The translations under genes and the position numbers were made by a program. A stretch of DNA of 62,526 nt from a virus (Duplodnaviria; Caudoviricetes), in the IMG/VR virus record IMGVR_UViG_3300031972_001459, positions 1-62,526 of that record; one strand, written 5' to 3'. The notes beneath the pieces were generated by a model. The model had not been told where the DNA came from, did not search any database, and saw nothing but the letters and a program-made list of their open reading frames with translations. Shown piece by piece: positions 1 through 8,248 of the stretch (position 1 is its first letter; each line of letters begins with the position of its first letter).

Positions 1-11
1 TGACTGATGAA

Positions 12-248
12 ATGTGCGAAGTGATCGCCACCGAAAAACAATGGGCTGACAACATTGGCGTTGTCCTCTTCCGCCATAGCGACATGCGTGCCGCTGCTGA
101 TTGGCAATTGGAGCAGGTTATTGAATGGATTAAGGAATGTCCAGACTGTTATGACCTTGATTTTCATTCCGAATCTCGAAGGATGATCGCAGACCTCAAA
201 CAAGCGATGCGCCCACAACAACAACATCAACAACTGGAGAACAACTGA
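12..248 (+). CDS. Phage hypothetical protein, 'MRAAADWQLEQV...AMRPQQQ' family (probably 5'-truncated by the window edge)
   Basis: ORF ending in the QQLENN junction; shares the MRAA.D motif with ORF 9295..9561. Confidence 0.65.
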   Translation: MCEVIATEKQWADNIGVVLFRHSDMRAAADWQLEQVIEWIKECPDCYDLDFHSESRRMIADLKQAMRPQQQHQQLENN

Positions 249-547
249 TGCCTGAAAAAATCACACTTGAGCAAGTGCTTGAACTTGTCAGCTTCATGCA
301 GGCCCACAAAGGTGGCTGGAAGGTTCTGACTGTCCATGGTAATGTCTTTGGTGATGTCCATGGTGATGTCCATGGTGATGTCTTTGGTTATGTCCATGGT
401 GATGTCCATGGTACTGTCAGGGGTACTATCAATGGCCACAGGTGGGGGTCCGTTGAGACTCCCCAAGAGAATCTTGAGCGTTTAATCCTGAAGTCTGGAG
501 ATCAAGAACTAATTGAAGCATTTAATCAACTACAGGAGAACAATTAA
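248..547 (+). CDS. Hypothetical protein with VHGD tetrapeptide repeats
   Basis: GGAG RBS and TGATG overlap; 12-bp tandem repeat GTCCATGGTGAT at ~330-415. Confidence 0.75.
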   Translation: MPEKITLEQVLELVSFMQAHKGGWKVLTVHGNVFGDVHGDVHGDVFGYVHGDVHGTVRGTINGHRWGSVETPQENLERLILKSGDQELIEAFNQLQENN

Positions 548-810
548 TGACTGAAACTTGGTATCTTTTGTACGGTGGCGATTCAGTAGACGGACGCGGA
601 CCGGGCGAATACGAAGGCCGAACCTGTAATGTCTTTGCTGCGGCCAAGCATTACATAAAAATCACCGATAACCCTTACTCAACAGGCTATGTCAAGGTGA
701 TTACTGACAAAGAAGTCGTTCAGTATTCCAGCATTCTTGGCTATAGCCCTGCTACCTCAGAACTAAAAGAAGCGATTAAACAACAACAACAGGAGAACAA
801 CAATGGTTGA
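547..810 (+). CDS. Hypothetical protein
   Basis: GGAG RBS, TAATG coupling, ends in the QQQQENN junction. Confidence 0.7.
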   Translation: MTETWYLLYGGDSVDGRGPGEYEGRTCNVFAAAKHYIKITDNPYSTGYVKVITDKEVVQYSSILGYSPATSELKEAIKQQQQENNNG

Positions 811-1006
811 CCCACAACACCCGCTCACACCACCGAAAGAGCTAATCAACGCATGGCGAGCCGAAGGCTACCATCAGGATTACTGTGAGGCTGACGACTA
901 TCTTTATCACAAAATTGCCGAATGGGGATGGCAACAACGTAACGCCACTGTTCCTCAAGAACTGCGGGAATCCGCTGATCAAGAGCTGGAGGCGAAGCTA
1001 CGTTAA
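803..1006 (+). CDS. Hypothetical protein (HPLTPP..L family), apparently truncated or frameshifted at the 3' end
   Basis: GGAG RBS; a tail IEDFKETMRPQQQENN continues in another frame to 1056. Confidence 0.6.
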   Translation: MVDPQHPLTPPKELINAWRAEGYHQDYCEADDYLYHKIAEWGWQQRNATVPQELRESADQELEAKLR

Positions 1007-1055
1007 TTGAAGATTTCAAGGAAACAATGCGCCCACAACAACAGGAGAACAACTA

Positions 1056-1241
1056 ATGAAACCCATGATTAATTTCCTCCGAGCATTCGACGAACTAGAC
1101 GAGGGAACCCAGTGCTGCTTTTTCTTTGTATTTATGTTCTGGTCGCTTTTCCTGCCTATTATCATATCCGCAGGTGTGGTCCATTTTAGTGACAAACTGA
1201 TCATCCAGAATCAACCAACCTGTGAAGAGATGGCACAATGA
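1056..1241 (+). CDS. Small putative membrane protein
   Basis: GGAG RBS; hydrophobic stretch FFFVFMFWSLFLPIIISAGVV. Confidence 0.6.
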   Translation: MKPMINFLRAFDELDEGTQCCFFFVFMFWSLFLPIIISAGVVHFSDKLIIQNQPTCEEMAQ

Positions 1242-1269
1242 CAGATAAAGAACAACAGGAGGACAACTA

Positions 1270-1539
1270 ATGACCTGGACTAACTACATTTTCAAACACC
1301 TCATTCCGGCCTGGTTTTATTCGTTTAAATGTAACTTCTATATGTGGAGTGATTTAATGGCCGGTGATTATGAAGGTTACGCTATATTGCCTGGTGATGA
1401 TCCTTACACTGAGTGTTATGAGTGGTTTTGGGCATCTCTCAGTATGGATGAAACCTATCCTAAGGAGTTCTTGGATGAACTCCAAGAGATAGTAGACATG
1501 ATTGATCAAAGCAAAATGACAAGAGAACAGCTCATCTAA
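1270..1539 (+). CDS. Cyanophage-type hypothetical protein
   Basis: GGAGG RBS, TAATG coupling; Trp/Tyr-rich (CYEWFWAS..DETYPKEFL). Confidence 0.7.
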   Translation: MTWTNYIFKHLIPAWFYSFKCNFYMWSDLMAGDYEGYAILPGDDPYTECYEWFWASLSMDETYPKEFLDELQEIVDMIDQSKMTREQLI

Positions 1540-1622
1540 GCAGTCAACCAACTGGAGGACAATTGAAGATTAAAGTTACTCACCTCCAATTGACCACTGT
1601 AGTGTAACCACGCAATCAACTC

Positions 1623-1964
1623 ATGACAATCACACAAACCAAGGCAGAGTTTCTAACAGAATCATTGATCGAAGTTCTTAACAATGACTGGAAAGTCTTG
1701 GCTGTTGAGAATGGACGTAACTTTCATTCTTATCTAACAATGGAAGTTGGTCGTAAGTACATCAAAGTGTGGCAATCAAAATGTTATGATGGTGTTGTCA
1801 GAGATGGTCGTAGTTGTTTTATGTTTGTAGATAAAGAGTCTGGTGCATGTTACAAACCAGCCAGTTATAAGGCACCAGCCAAAGGCATTCGTTTCTATAT
1901 CGATTTTCTGACTGATCACCCTGAAGTTATTGACCAATACGGCTCATTCCTTTATCTTCGTTGA
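1623..1964 (+). CDS. Conserved phage early hypothetical protein (GRKYIKV...FVDK..G..YKPAS.KAPAK)
   Basis: Follows repeat copy 1; motif recalled from T4-like cyanophage early regions. Confidence 0.8.
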   Translation: MTITQTKAEFLTESLIEVLNNDWKVLAVENGRNFHSYLTMEVGRKYIKVWQSKCYDGVVRDGRSCFMFVDKESGACYKPASYKAPAKGIRFYIDFLTDHPEVIDQYGSFLYLR

Positions 1965-2038
1965 TGTTTATGTTCCGCTTCTTTTATTACATTGCCGTCG
2001 GGGCATTCTTTGTAACCATTATCAAACACTTTTCTTAA
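1964..2038 (+). CDS. Putative 24-aa hydrophobic peptide MFMFRFFYYIAVGAFFVTIIKHFS
   Basis: TGATG overlap with the upstream gene; fills the gap; looks like a single TM helix. Confidence 0.4.
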   Translation: MFMFRFFYYIAVGAFFVTIIKHFS

Positions 2039-2043
2039 TTATC

Positions 2044-2247
2044 ATGGCACTTTCCGCAGTCACTGTATCACGTATTGCTGATGCACTCAAAGATGACATT
2101 ATCGAACACATTTACGCAAACGAGAAATATAACGAGGTTATGCGTCATTGTGTTCAAGAAGCATTAGACGCCAAAATGGGTGAGATGGATGAGGATCTAT
2201 ATTTTGACCTTGGTATGTGTTTATTCGAGAGAATTGAACTGAAATAG
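2044..2247 (+). CDS. Hypothetical protein (start re-assigned to MALSAVT)
   Basis: ATG at 2044; stop abuts repeat copy 2. Confidence 0.7.
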   Translation: MALSAVTVSRIADALKDDIIEHIYANEKYNEVMRHCVQEALDAKMGEMDEDLYFDLGMCLFERIELK

Positions 2248-2298
2248 AATTACTCACCTCCAAATGTCCCCTATAGTGTAACCACGCAATCAATTCAA

Positions 2299-2481
2299 AT
2301 GGAGTTTAGGATCATTGTTCCATCCGCTCGATATGAAGATGTAACCACAAATGATTTAGATCAAGCATGGCGTATTTGTTGTGATCTATCTGAAGAGTTT
2401 GGATATGCAGAAGTTAAACGTAATCTTTGTGGCCCTGAACCAATTCTAGGCTCTTTCACTAATGGTAAATCAGACAAATGA
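2299..2481 (+). CDS. Hypothetical protein (CDLSEEFGYAEV motif)
   Basis: Follows repeat copy 2. Confidence 0.7.
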   Translation: MEFRIIVPSARYEDVTTNDLDQAWRICCDLSEEFGYAEVKRNLCGPEPILGSFTNGKSDK

Positions 2482-2585
2482 TCTACAACATTGCATCAGA
2501 CATCAAGACCCACAAGATTGTGTGGATTGATTCAACAACACAGAAGGTAATGACTGCGGTTCAAGTATCAGCATCAACTCGCTAA
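2478..2585 (+). CDS. Small hypothetical protein (35 aa, MIYNIASDIK...)
   Basis: ATGA overlap with the upstream stop; translated manually. Confidence 0.5.
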   Translation: MIYNIASDIKTHKIVWIDSTTQKVMTAVQVSASTR

Positions 2586-2706
2586 TCTATGGGCATTTGT
2601 AATACAATTTCTGTGGTGGTTACAGTATTACAATGTAAGGCCCATATGGCGGACGACAAAGTTACTCACCTCTAAATGACCACTATAGTGTAACCCGCCA
2701 ATCATT

Positions 2707-2868
2707 ATGACACTCACTGAAAGGAATCAACAACAATACGATCTCCGCCAGGAGATGTATCTAGCCCAACAAAAGGCAGAATTCTGTAAAGAACAGATTG
2801 CACGACTAAATATGGAATATCAAGCACAGTTTGAAACTCCTCTGTTTGAAGAAATGTTTGGCGGTTAA
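2707..2868 (+). CDS. Small coiled-coil hypothetical protein (53 aa, ends PLFEEMFGG)
   Basis: ATG 11 nt after repeat copy 3; translated manually. Confidence 0.7.
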   Translation: MTLTERNQQQYDLRQEMYLAQQKAEFCKEQIARLNMEYQAQFETPLFEEMFGG

Positions 2869-2869
2869 T

Positions 2870-3100
2870 ATGAAATTAGTTACTCTATTTCCACTGGTAA
2901 TCCTCCTCTCCTTTCCTGGAGCATTACCAGTTCAGGCATATCCTGAAACTGAACAGATTCTAGACCTAATCGAGAGATTGGGTTCTGTTTGTGATAAAAT
3001 ACCACTAGATGAACCATTCAAATATGACAACTGCGTTGATGAACAATTAGAACAAAAATTGGGACGCAATTTGTTTGAACTAGAATCCACTCCTAACTAA
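2870..3100 (+). CDS. Hypothetical protein with a signal-peptide-like N-terminus
   Basis: MKLVTLFPLVILLSFPGALPVQA; start re-assigned to 2870. Confidence 0.55.
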   Translation: MKLVTLFPLVILLSFPGALPVQAYPETEQILDLIERLGSVCDKIPLDEPFKYDNCVDEQLEQKLGRNLFELESTPN

Positions 3101-3120
3101 ATCAATTCTTCTTTTTTATT

Positions 3121-3330
3121 ATGGCACAAATCACTTACACCTTCCGAGTTCCTTACACTGTACCGACAGAAGCTGGAACTCGTTATATGAATGTCGAAGC
3201 AATGTATAATGATGAGGCAATGAGACTTGTTGAAGGTATGATACCAAACTCAAGTGCAACTTGGCCAACAATTGTAAGAGAACACAACAGTGATAATGAT
3301 AGAAAAGGGTTCTTATCTTGGCTTTTCTAG
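3121..3330 (+). CDS. Hypothetical protein
   Basis: ORF whose stop abuts repeat copy 4. Confidence 0.65.
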   Translation: MAQITYTFRVPYTVPTEAGTRYMNVEAMYNDEAMRLVEGMIPNSSATWPTIVREHNSDNDRKGFLSWLF

Positions 3331-3379
3331 AATTACTCACCTCCAAATGTCCCCTATAGTGTAACCACGCTTTTTGATT

Positions 3380-3688
3380 ATGTTTGTTTCTGAAATGACC
3401 TTCGCCACTATGAACCCTGAATTCAATGGTGCATATCTTGCAGTCGCAGGTGGTGATATGTCAACATCGAAACTATTTGATGGTAAGGCTGAAATGTATG
3501 CTTGGATCAATGACATGATTGAGTATCAGGGCTATCCTTATGTTGAAACAACTGTTCTTGATAACAGTGGTGTTGTAGATGGTAAATTGATCAGTAAAGT
3601 TGCAACATATATGTCATCAGAAGATTGTTATAAAGGTGGCATTATTGAGCCAGTATGTGGTAATTCAATCTACGCAACTTATCAGTGA
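3380..3688 (+). CDS. Hypothetical protein
   Basis: ATG 13 nt after repeat copy 4 (alternative start 3395). Confidence 0.7.
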   Translation: MFVSEMTFATMNPEFNGAYLAVAGGDMSTSKLFDGKAEMYAWINDMIEYQGYPYVETTVLDNSGVVDGKLISKVATYMSSEDCYKGGIIEPVCGNSIYATYQ

Positions 3689-3740
3689 CAAAGTTACTCA
3701 CCTCCAAATGACCCCTATAGTGTAACCACACAATCAACTC

Positions 3741-4025
3741 ATGACTTCAACCTATCAGACCACAATCGAAGATACAACTTACAATGGATGGAGTACCTGG
3801 GAAACTTGGAACGCAAGTCTTTGGATTGGTAATAGTGAGTTTTTGTATAATACTGCCAAGGCATGTGTCAAGTTCTGTACCGTTGATGATACCCCATATG
3901 ATGCATTTGTTCGTTGTATGAATAACAGTGAAAGATTTGCTACAGGTGATGGAGTTAAGTGGAATGATCCTCTAATCAACTATGATGAGATGAATGAAAT
4001 GATGAACGAACTCGCAGGAGATTGA
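3741..4025 (+). CDS. Conserved phage hypothetical protein (YNGW..WETWN..LW family)
   Basis: Follows repeat copy 5; motif recalled from many phages. Confidence 0.75.
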   Translation: MTSTYQTTIEDTTYNGWSTWETWNASLWIGNSEFLYNTAKACVKFCTVDDTPYDAFVRCMNNSERFATGDGVKWNDPLINYDEMNEMMNELAGD

Positions 4026-4082
4026 TTCTACAGAGTTACTCACCTCCAAATGTCCCCTATAGTGTAACCACGTTTCTAAATC

Positions 4083-4340
4083 ATGTCTATCACCATCAAA
4101 TACGATTTTTTCTCTGATCATTCACTTACTGCAGTAGCAGAAGTATGTGAGATTGCAAATGTAACACCACTATCTGTCACATTCAATTCTACAATGCATG
4201 ACAATGTGGCAGTTGAGTTCAAGTCACATAGTGACGCAATCCTTTTCAGTGAGGTATATCTTGGATCAACAGATCCTTCTGATATTCGTGAGTATGTTGG
4301 TTCTGATACTCCTCTTGGAGAGGAAGTATATGGTGGTTAA
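4083..4340 (+). CDS. Hypothetical protein, paralog of 9896..10126
   Basis: Follows repeat copy 6; NVTPLSVT vs NITPLSIT. Confidence 0.7.
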   Translation: MSITIKYDFFSDHSLTAVAEVCEIANVTPLSVTFNSTMHDNVAVEFKSHSDAILFSEVYLGSTDPSDIREYVGSDTPLGEEVYGG

Positions 4341-4392
4341 TAAAGTTAGTAACCTCTAAAGTGTTTCTATAGTATAAGGTTCAGACAAACAA

Positions 4393-4656
4393 ATGACTTA
4401 TTCAAACCTCTCAAAAATCAAACCAAAGTTTCGTACTGAAGGTCAAATTACTGGTAATTGGGGAAAGAGTAAAGTGCGCACCAATGGTAACAGTGAATTA
4501 GGATATAGTACAAAGGAAAGTATCTCCACACCAGTTACAAAGAGTGAATATATTCAGAGAATGTATGAGGTATTAGATACAACGAGTGACCCTAAGATAC
4601 AGAGGTTTGCATATAATGAGATACGGAACTATTTGATACAAACTAATCAGTGGTGA
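4393..4656 (+). CDS. Cyanophage-type hypothetical protein (YSNLSKIKPKFRT.G.ITGN.G)
   Basis: Follows degenerate repeat copy 7. Confidence 0.75.
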   Translation: MTYSNLSKIKPKFRTEGQITGNWGKSKVRTNGNSELGYSTKESISTPVTKSEYIQRMYEVLDTTSDPKIQRFAYNEIRNYLIQTNQW

Positions 4657-4706
4657 CAGAGTTACTCACCTCCAAATGTCCCCTATAGTGTAACCACTGA
4701 ATTATT

Positions 4707-4868
4707 ATGAAAGAATCTAAGTTTCTGATCTACGGTGAACATCATCGTACTAATGGTTGGACAATGAGAGATTGTCTCGCTTACATTGCTTCTAGTAAAG
4801 AGGAAGCAATTGCGACTTGTAATCGAATTCAACCACAATTTGTAATCCAATCTGTTATTGAAGAATGA
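4707..4868 (+). CDS. Small hypothetical protein (53 aa, MKESKFLIYGEH...)
   Basis: ATG 11 nt after repeat copy 8; ATGA overlap with the next ORF. Confidence 0.7.
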   Translation: MKESKFLIYGEHHRTNGWTMRDCLAYIASSKEEAIATCNRIQPQFVIQSVIEE

Positions 4869-5071
4869 ACTACAACAATTTTTGGGATAATGTGTTAAAA
4901 CAAGAGGAATGGAATGATGATCTGAAACGGTGGGAAAATGCTCATCCTGAGTATGAACCATTCAAGGAAGATTCTGATTCACAACGTCAACAAAATCTCT
5001 TAATTAGTCTAACACAGAATTACTCACCTTCAAATGTCTCCTATAGTGTAACCAACCAATCAACATCATGA
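4865..5071 (+). CDS. Hypothetical protein reading through repeat copy 9
   Basis: ATGA overlaps at both ends. Confidence 0.5.
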   Translation: MNYNNFWDNVLKQEEWNDDLKRWENAHPEYEPFKEDSDSQRQQNLLISLTQNYSPSNVSYSVTNQSTS

Positions 5072-5409
5072 GAAAGATCGAAACCCAAATGAACACTGCC
5101 ATTCACAACCGTCAAGATTGGCAGTCAGGTAACACTATGGTGATACATTCTCACTGTAATGTATCAGGTAAGGTATCTCATGTGTTTCTTCACGGCAACA
5201 AGATTGCCGAGGTTGGTAATACTTTCGTGAGACTTATGGATGGCGGTTGGCAAAATGTTACCACTAAATCACGTCTAAATGCCATCCTAAGTGAGCATGG
5301 AGAATCAGGTGATTGTGTGTTTCAGAAAGATTTTCAGTGGTTCGTTCGTATGAACACTGTGGAAGGTTTAACGACCGTTCCTTTCTTTAACTCGATGAGG
5401 CTTGGTTGA
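5068..5409 (+). CDS. Conserved phage hypothetical protein (MRKIE..M / VFLHGN.IA / DGGW...TTKSRLNA family)
   Basis: Follows repeat copy 9; clear paralog of the next gene. Confidence 0.8.
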   Translation: MRKIETQMNTAIHNRQDWQSGNTMVIHSHCNVSGKVSHVFLHGNKIAEVGNTFVRLMDGGWQNVTTKSRLNAILSEHGESGDCVFQKDFQWFVRMNTVEGLTTVPFFNSMRLG

Positions 5410-5502
5410 TATTTGTCCTTTATTGTTTCTATATTATAATCAATGGTATTAAAGTTACTCACCTCCAAATGTCTCCTATAGTGTAACCACACAATCAACA
5501 TC

Positions 5503-5820
5503 ATGAGAAAGATCGAAACCCAAATGTGTTCCGCAGTTCACAACAACGCTAATTGGCAGTCTGCTAATACATCAGTTGTGACTGAAGATTCTACTTCTAA
5601 AGTATATCTTCATGGTAATCACATCGCTACTGTAGGTGATGACTATGTTGAAATCTTTGATGGTGGTTATCGATCAAATACTACTAAATCAAGACTCAAT
5701 GCACTCATCAACGAGTTCTGCGATGCAGTTACTGATGGTATCTTTCAAAAGGATTACACCTGGTATGTAAAAGATAACAACATCACCAAAAAGTTTACTA
5801 ACGGTTATATCTTCTCATGA
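5503..5820 (+). CDS. Paralog of 5068..5409
   Basis: Follows repeat copy 10; identical first 8 codons and the same motifs. Confidence 0.8.
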   Translation: MRKIETQMCSAVHNNANWQSANTSVVTEDSTSKVYLHGNHIATVGDDYVEIFDGGYRSNTTKSRLNALINEFCDAVTDGIFQKDYTWYVKDNNITKKFTNGYIFS

Positions 5821-5913
5821 TTAAGTATATCCTAGGAGCTATAGTTGCTCCTACCATGATACTCACACCATGGTTATTTGTTCTCTATTGTTTCTATCTA
5901 CAACTCACTGAAA

Positions 5914-6258
5914 ATGACAACAACCAAACAGTTTGATAAAGGTGAATTCTACACTATTGAAGCCTTTTACTTTACAGAAGAAGATGGTATCATTTATGGA
6001 GAGGATCGCAATGAAGAGGTTGATACTTATTGGCATATCAAACTTGACATTAACCTGATGGATTATGTGCTAGAACAATGTCAAACCAAACTCACTGAGC
6101 CATCGATTGTTGATGTCCTACCACGTAAATGGGCAGACTTCAATGATAAATATGAACTCGAAGATTGTGGCGATACATGTTATGGTATTGAACGCTATAT
6201 CTGGACAGGTAAGAAGTTAGTTACAGAGGAAGAGTACACTGAACTGGTGACTGTATGA
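5914..6258 (+). CDS. Acidic hypothetical protein
   Basis: ATG at 5914 preferred over the upstream TTG. Confidence 0.65.
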   Translation: MTTTKQFDKGEFYTIEAFYFTEEDGIIYGEDRNEEVDTYWHIKLDINLMDYVLEQCQTKLTEPSIVDVLPRKWADFNDKYELEDCGDTCYGIERYIWTGKKLVTEEEYTELVTV

Positions 6259-6482
6259 ACTACGACATCTATCACCTACGCAATACACGGATGGATGATA
6301 AACTAACCTATCAACTAAGTGGTATCATAGCAGCTTATAAACCCCACTCTGAACCACCCTCAATAGATGAGATGGATACAGATAGGGTTGACAATTCCTA
6401 TGTTTCAATGATAGACTTATGTCAACAGATAGGTGTTGATTACCGTGAAGTTCAGAGACAGAACAGGACAAAAGATAGGTAA
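6255..6482 (+). CDS. Hypothetical protein
   Basis: ATGA overlap with the upstream gene. Confidence 0.5.
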   Translation: MNYDIYHLRNTRMDDKLTYQLSGIIAAYKPHSEPPSIDEMDTDRVDNSYVSMIDLCQQIGVDYREVQRQNRTKDR

Positions 6483-7047
6483 GTTGACTGTTATTCAAAG
6501 AGTGTTATATCCGTCAAAAGATGTATACTGGGAATGTGAATGTGAGTGTGGTAATAGAACAATAGTAAGAGCAAACAAACTCAATGGGAGGACAACAAGT
6601 TGCGGATGTAATCAACATAACCCACAACACCATATAACACACGGTATGCAAAAGACACAAATTTATAAAGTATGGGCAGGGATGATTGCAAGGTGTAAAC
6701 ATAAACAATCTTACATAAGAAAGAATATACAAGTGTGTGAAGAGTGGAAAACATTTACACTTTTTTATCGTGATATGGGTGACATACCAGAGGGAATGAC
6801 GCTAGAGAGAGTTGATAATAGTAAGGGATATATGCCATCAAATGTTATATGGGCTGATAGGGTAATACAAGCAAACAACAGAGAAACTAATGTGTTTGTT
6901 GAATACCAAGGAAAGAGGCAAACTATCATACAGTGGAGTAGGGAGTTAGATATAGAACCGTCAACTATTAGAAGGAGAATTATATCTAACTTACCAACAG
7001 AACTTGTCTTATATCAAGGTGATTTACGGGGTAAGACTAACACATAG
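6445..7047 (+). CDS. Putative HNH-type homing endonuclease
   Basis: G.LTV..W.CECECG..TTSCGC N-terminus and TLERVDNSKGY.PSNV.WA...QANN; GTG start (6433 alternative). Confidence 0.75.
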   Translation: MKFRDRTGQKIGKLTVIQRVLYPSKDVYWECECECGNRTIVRANKLNGRTTSCGCNQHNPQHHITHGMQKTQIYKVWAGMIARCKHKQSYIRKNIQVCEEWKTFTLFYRDMGDIPEGMTLERVDNSKGYMPSNVIWADRVIQANNRETNVFVEYQGKRQTIIQWSRELDIEPSTIRRRIISNLPTELVLYQGDLRGKTNT

Positions 7048-7061
7048 TAGTTGCAGTCCTT

Positions 7062-7889
7062 TTACCCCATTATCATAGAGAGTGGTCTTCTCCCCTTTCT
7101 ACCACACTTTGTTCCTTGTAATTTTGCTGCTTCCTTTGCACTTTCAGATCCAAATCTATGTGGTGTTGATGGTGTAAAATCAGATGGTATTTCACCTCTC
7201 CATAGATACCAACCTTTACATTCAGATTTGTTATTATTAGGGGATTTAATTGATTTGCATATGTTGCCATTACCCTTTCTGTTTCCTTCTATATCTTCGG
7301 CACAATCTGCTTGACTATTCCAACACATAGTATCACCATCTTCACGAATACCATATATCTTACCTCTCGTATTCACTCTCGCTTTCTTGTCAACTAATTC
7401 ATCACCTTTCCAACTCCACCTATATCCACCAGATTGAAATGTAGTTCCTTTTATACAAGCAGTGAGACAAGCTTTGCTTATTCCTAACTCCTTTAATACT
7501 ATTCCCCTACTATCATAATCACGAATATGTTCTCCCTCTAATGTATAACAACTGACAGGTTTAATTCTATCATCATTCAGTCGATATATGTCCCTTGTGC
7601 AACCACTACCTCCAATCGTTGAGTTATATCCATTGTTGTAGGTGTCAAACTTTTTTATCCAATACTTTTCTCTTTCATTAATAATATCTTCATCACAGGT
7701 TTCTATTACATAGAAGGTAAATGCATCTACTCCTTCTTCCCTTATTGCATTACAGATAGTCATATTCTCATAAGGTAATCTAGACCTGTAGATATGTTCT
7801 TTCCATCGATAATGAGGGTCTTTCTTTCTTGTGCAACCAACATACTTTCTGGTAGTTTCTTTATTCTGGATGATGTAGATTGAAGCCAT
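7062..7889 (-). CDS. GIY-YIG homing endonuclease (Seg-like) with NUMOD-type DNA-binding repeats
   Basis: SIYII..KYVG, RWKEH, EREKYWI..GYNSTIGG; TATAAATA upstream on the minus strand. Confidence 0.85.
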   Translation of the reverse strand: MASIYIIQNKETTRKYVGCTRKKDPHYRWKEHIYRSRLPYENMTICNAIREEGVDAFTFYVIETCDEDIINEREKYWIKKFDTYNNGYNSTIGGSGCTRDIYRLNDDRIKPVSCYTLEGEHIRDYDSRGIVLKELGISKACLTACIKGTTFQSGGYRWSWKGDELVDKKARVNTRGKIYGIREDGDTMCWNSQADCAEDIEGNRKGNGNICKSIKSPNNNKSECKGWYLWRGEIPSDFTPSTPHRFGSESAKEAAKLQGTKCGRKGRRPLSMIMG

Positions 7890-7911
7890 GATAATAACAC
7901 TTGGATACATT

Positions 7912-7919
7912 TATTTATA
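7912..7919 (-). promoter_or_regulatory. T4-type late promoter TATAAATA for the GIY-YIG gene
   Basis: Exact gp55 consensus 22 nt upstream of ATG 7889. Confidence 0.7.
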
Positions 7920-7982
7920 TAGTGTAAGTGTTAAAAATCACCCCCCTAAATGACGATATAAATATAATGTTCTGTTGTAGAG

Positions 7983-8047
7983 TTCTCCACAATGGCTGTG
8001 GAATAGTAAGGTAAAATGTGTGAATAAGTGTTGTAATCTGTGGAAAA
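7983..8047. promoter_or_regulatory. Cluster of four DnaA-box-like 9-mers
   Basis: TTCTCCACA (+, 7983), TATTCCACA (-, 7997-8005), TTATTCACA (-, 8019-8027), TTTTCCACA (-, 8039-8047). Confidence 0.55.
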
Positions 8048-8121
8048 GGTGTTAGTAAATGGCTTCAGCAGTAGTGTTATTGACCTTATAAAGGCCAGAG
8101 CTTATTGTTATCTAAGGCCGT

Positions 8122-8150
8122 ATTCTATCAGGCCTTCCCAATAATGTCAA
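8122..8150 (-). promoter_or_regulatory. Sigma70-type promoter, leftward
   Basis: TTGACA-N17-TAGAAT on the minus strand. Confidence 0.65.
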
Positions 8151-8248
8151 CCCCCTCCCCCAAAATACTCTGAGACCCTCAAAGTTCACACCCCACAAAG
8201 TTACTCACCTTCAAATGACCCCTATAGTGTAACCACACAATCTACATC

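Larger units (their letters stand above)
231..1566 (+). repeat. Dispersed gene-junction repeat CAAC(A/T)GGAG(A/G)ACAA(C/T)T(A/G)A(TG), 6 copies
   Basis: Copies at ~231-250, 527-549, 787-805, 1039-1058, 1253-1272 and 1549-1566; most combine RBS, stop and next start. Confidence 0.85.

Noticed and set aside
227-466. Minus-strand ORF with DITM repeats
   Set aside because: Reverse reading of the VHGD tandem repeat
7051-7314. Plus-strand 87-aa ORF
   Set aside because: Antisense to the well-supported GIY-YIG gene; TTG start without RBS
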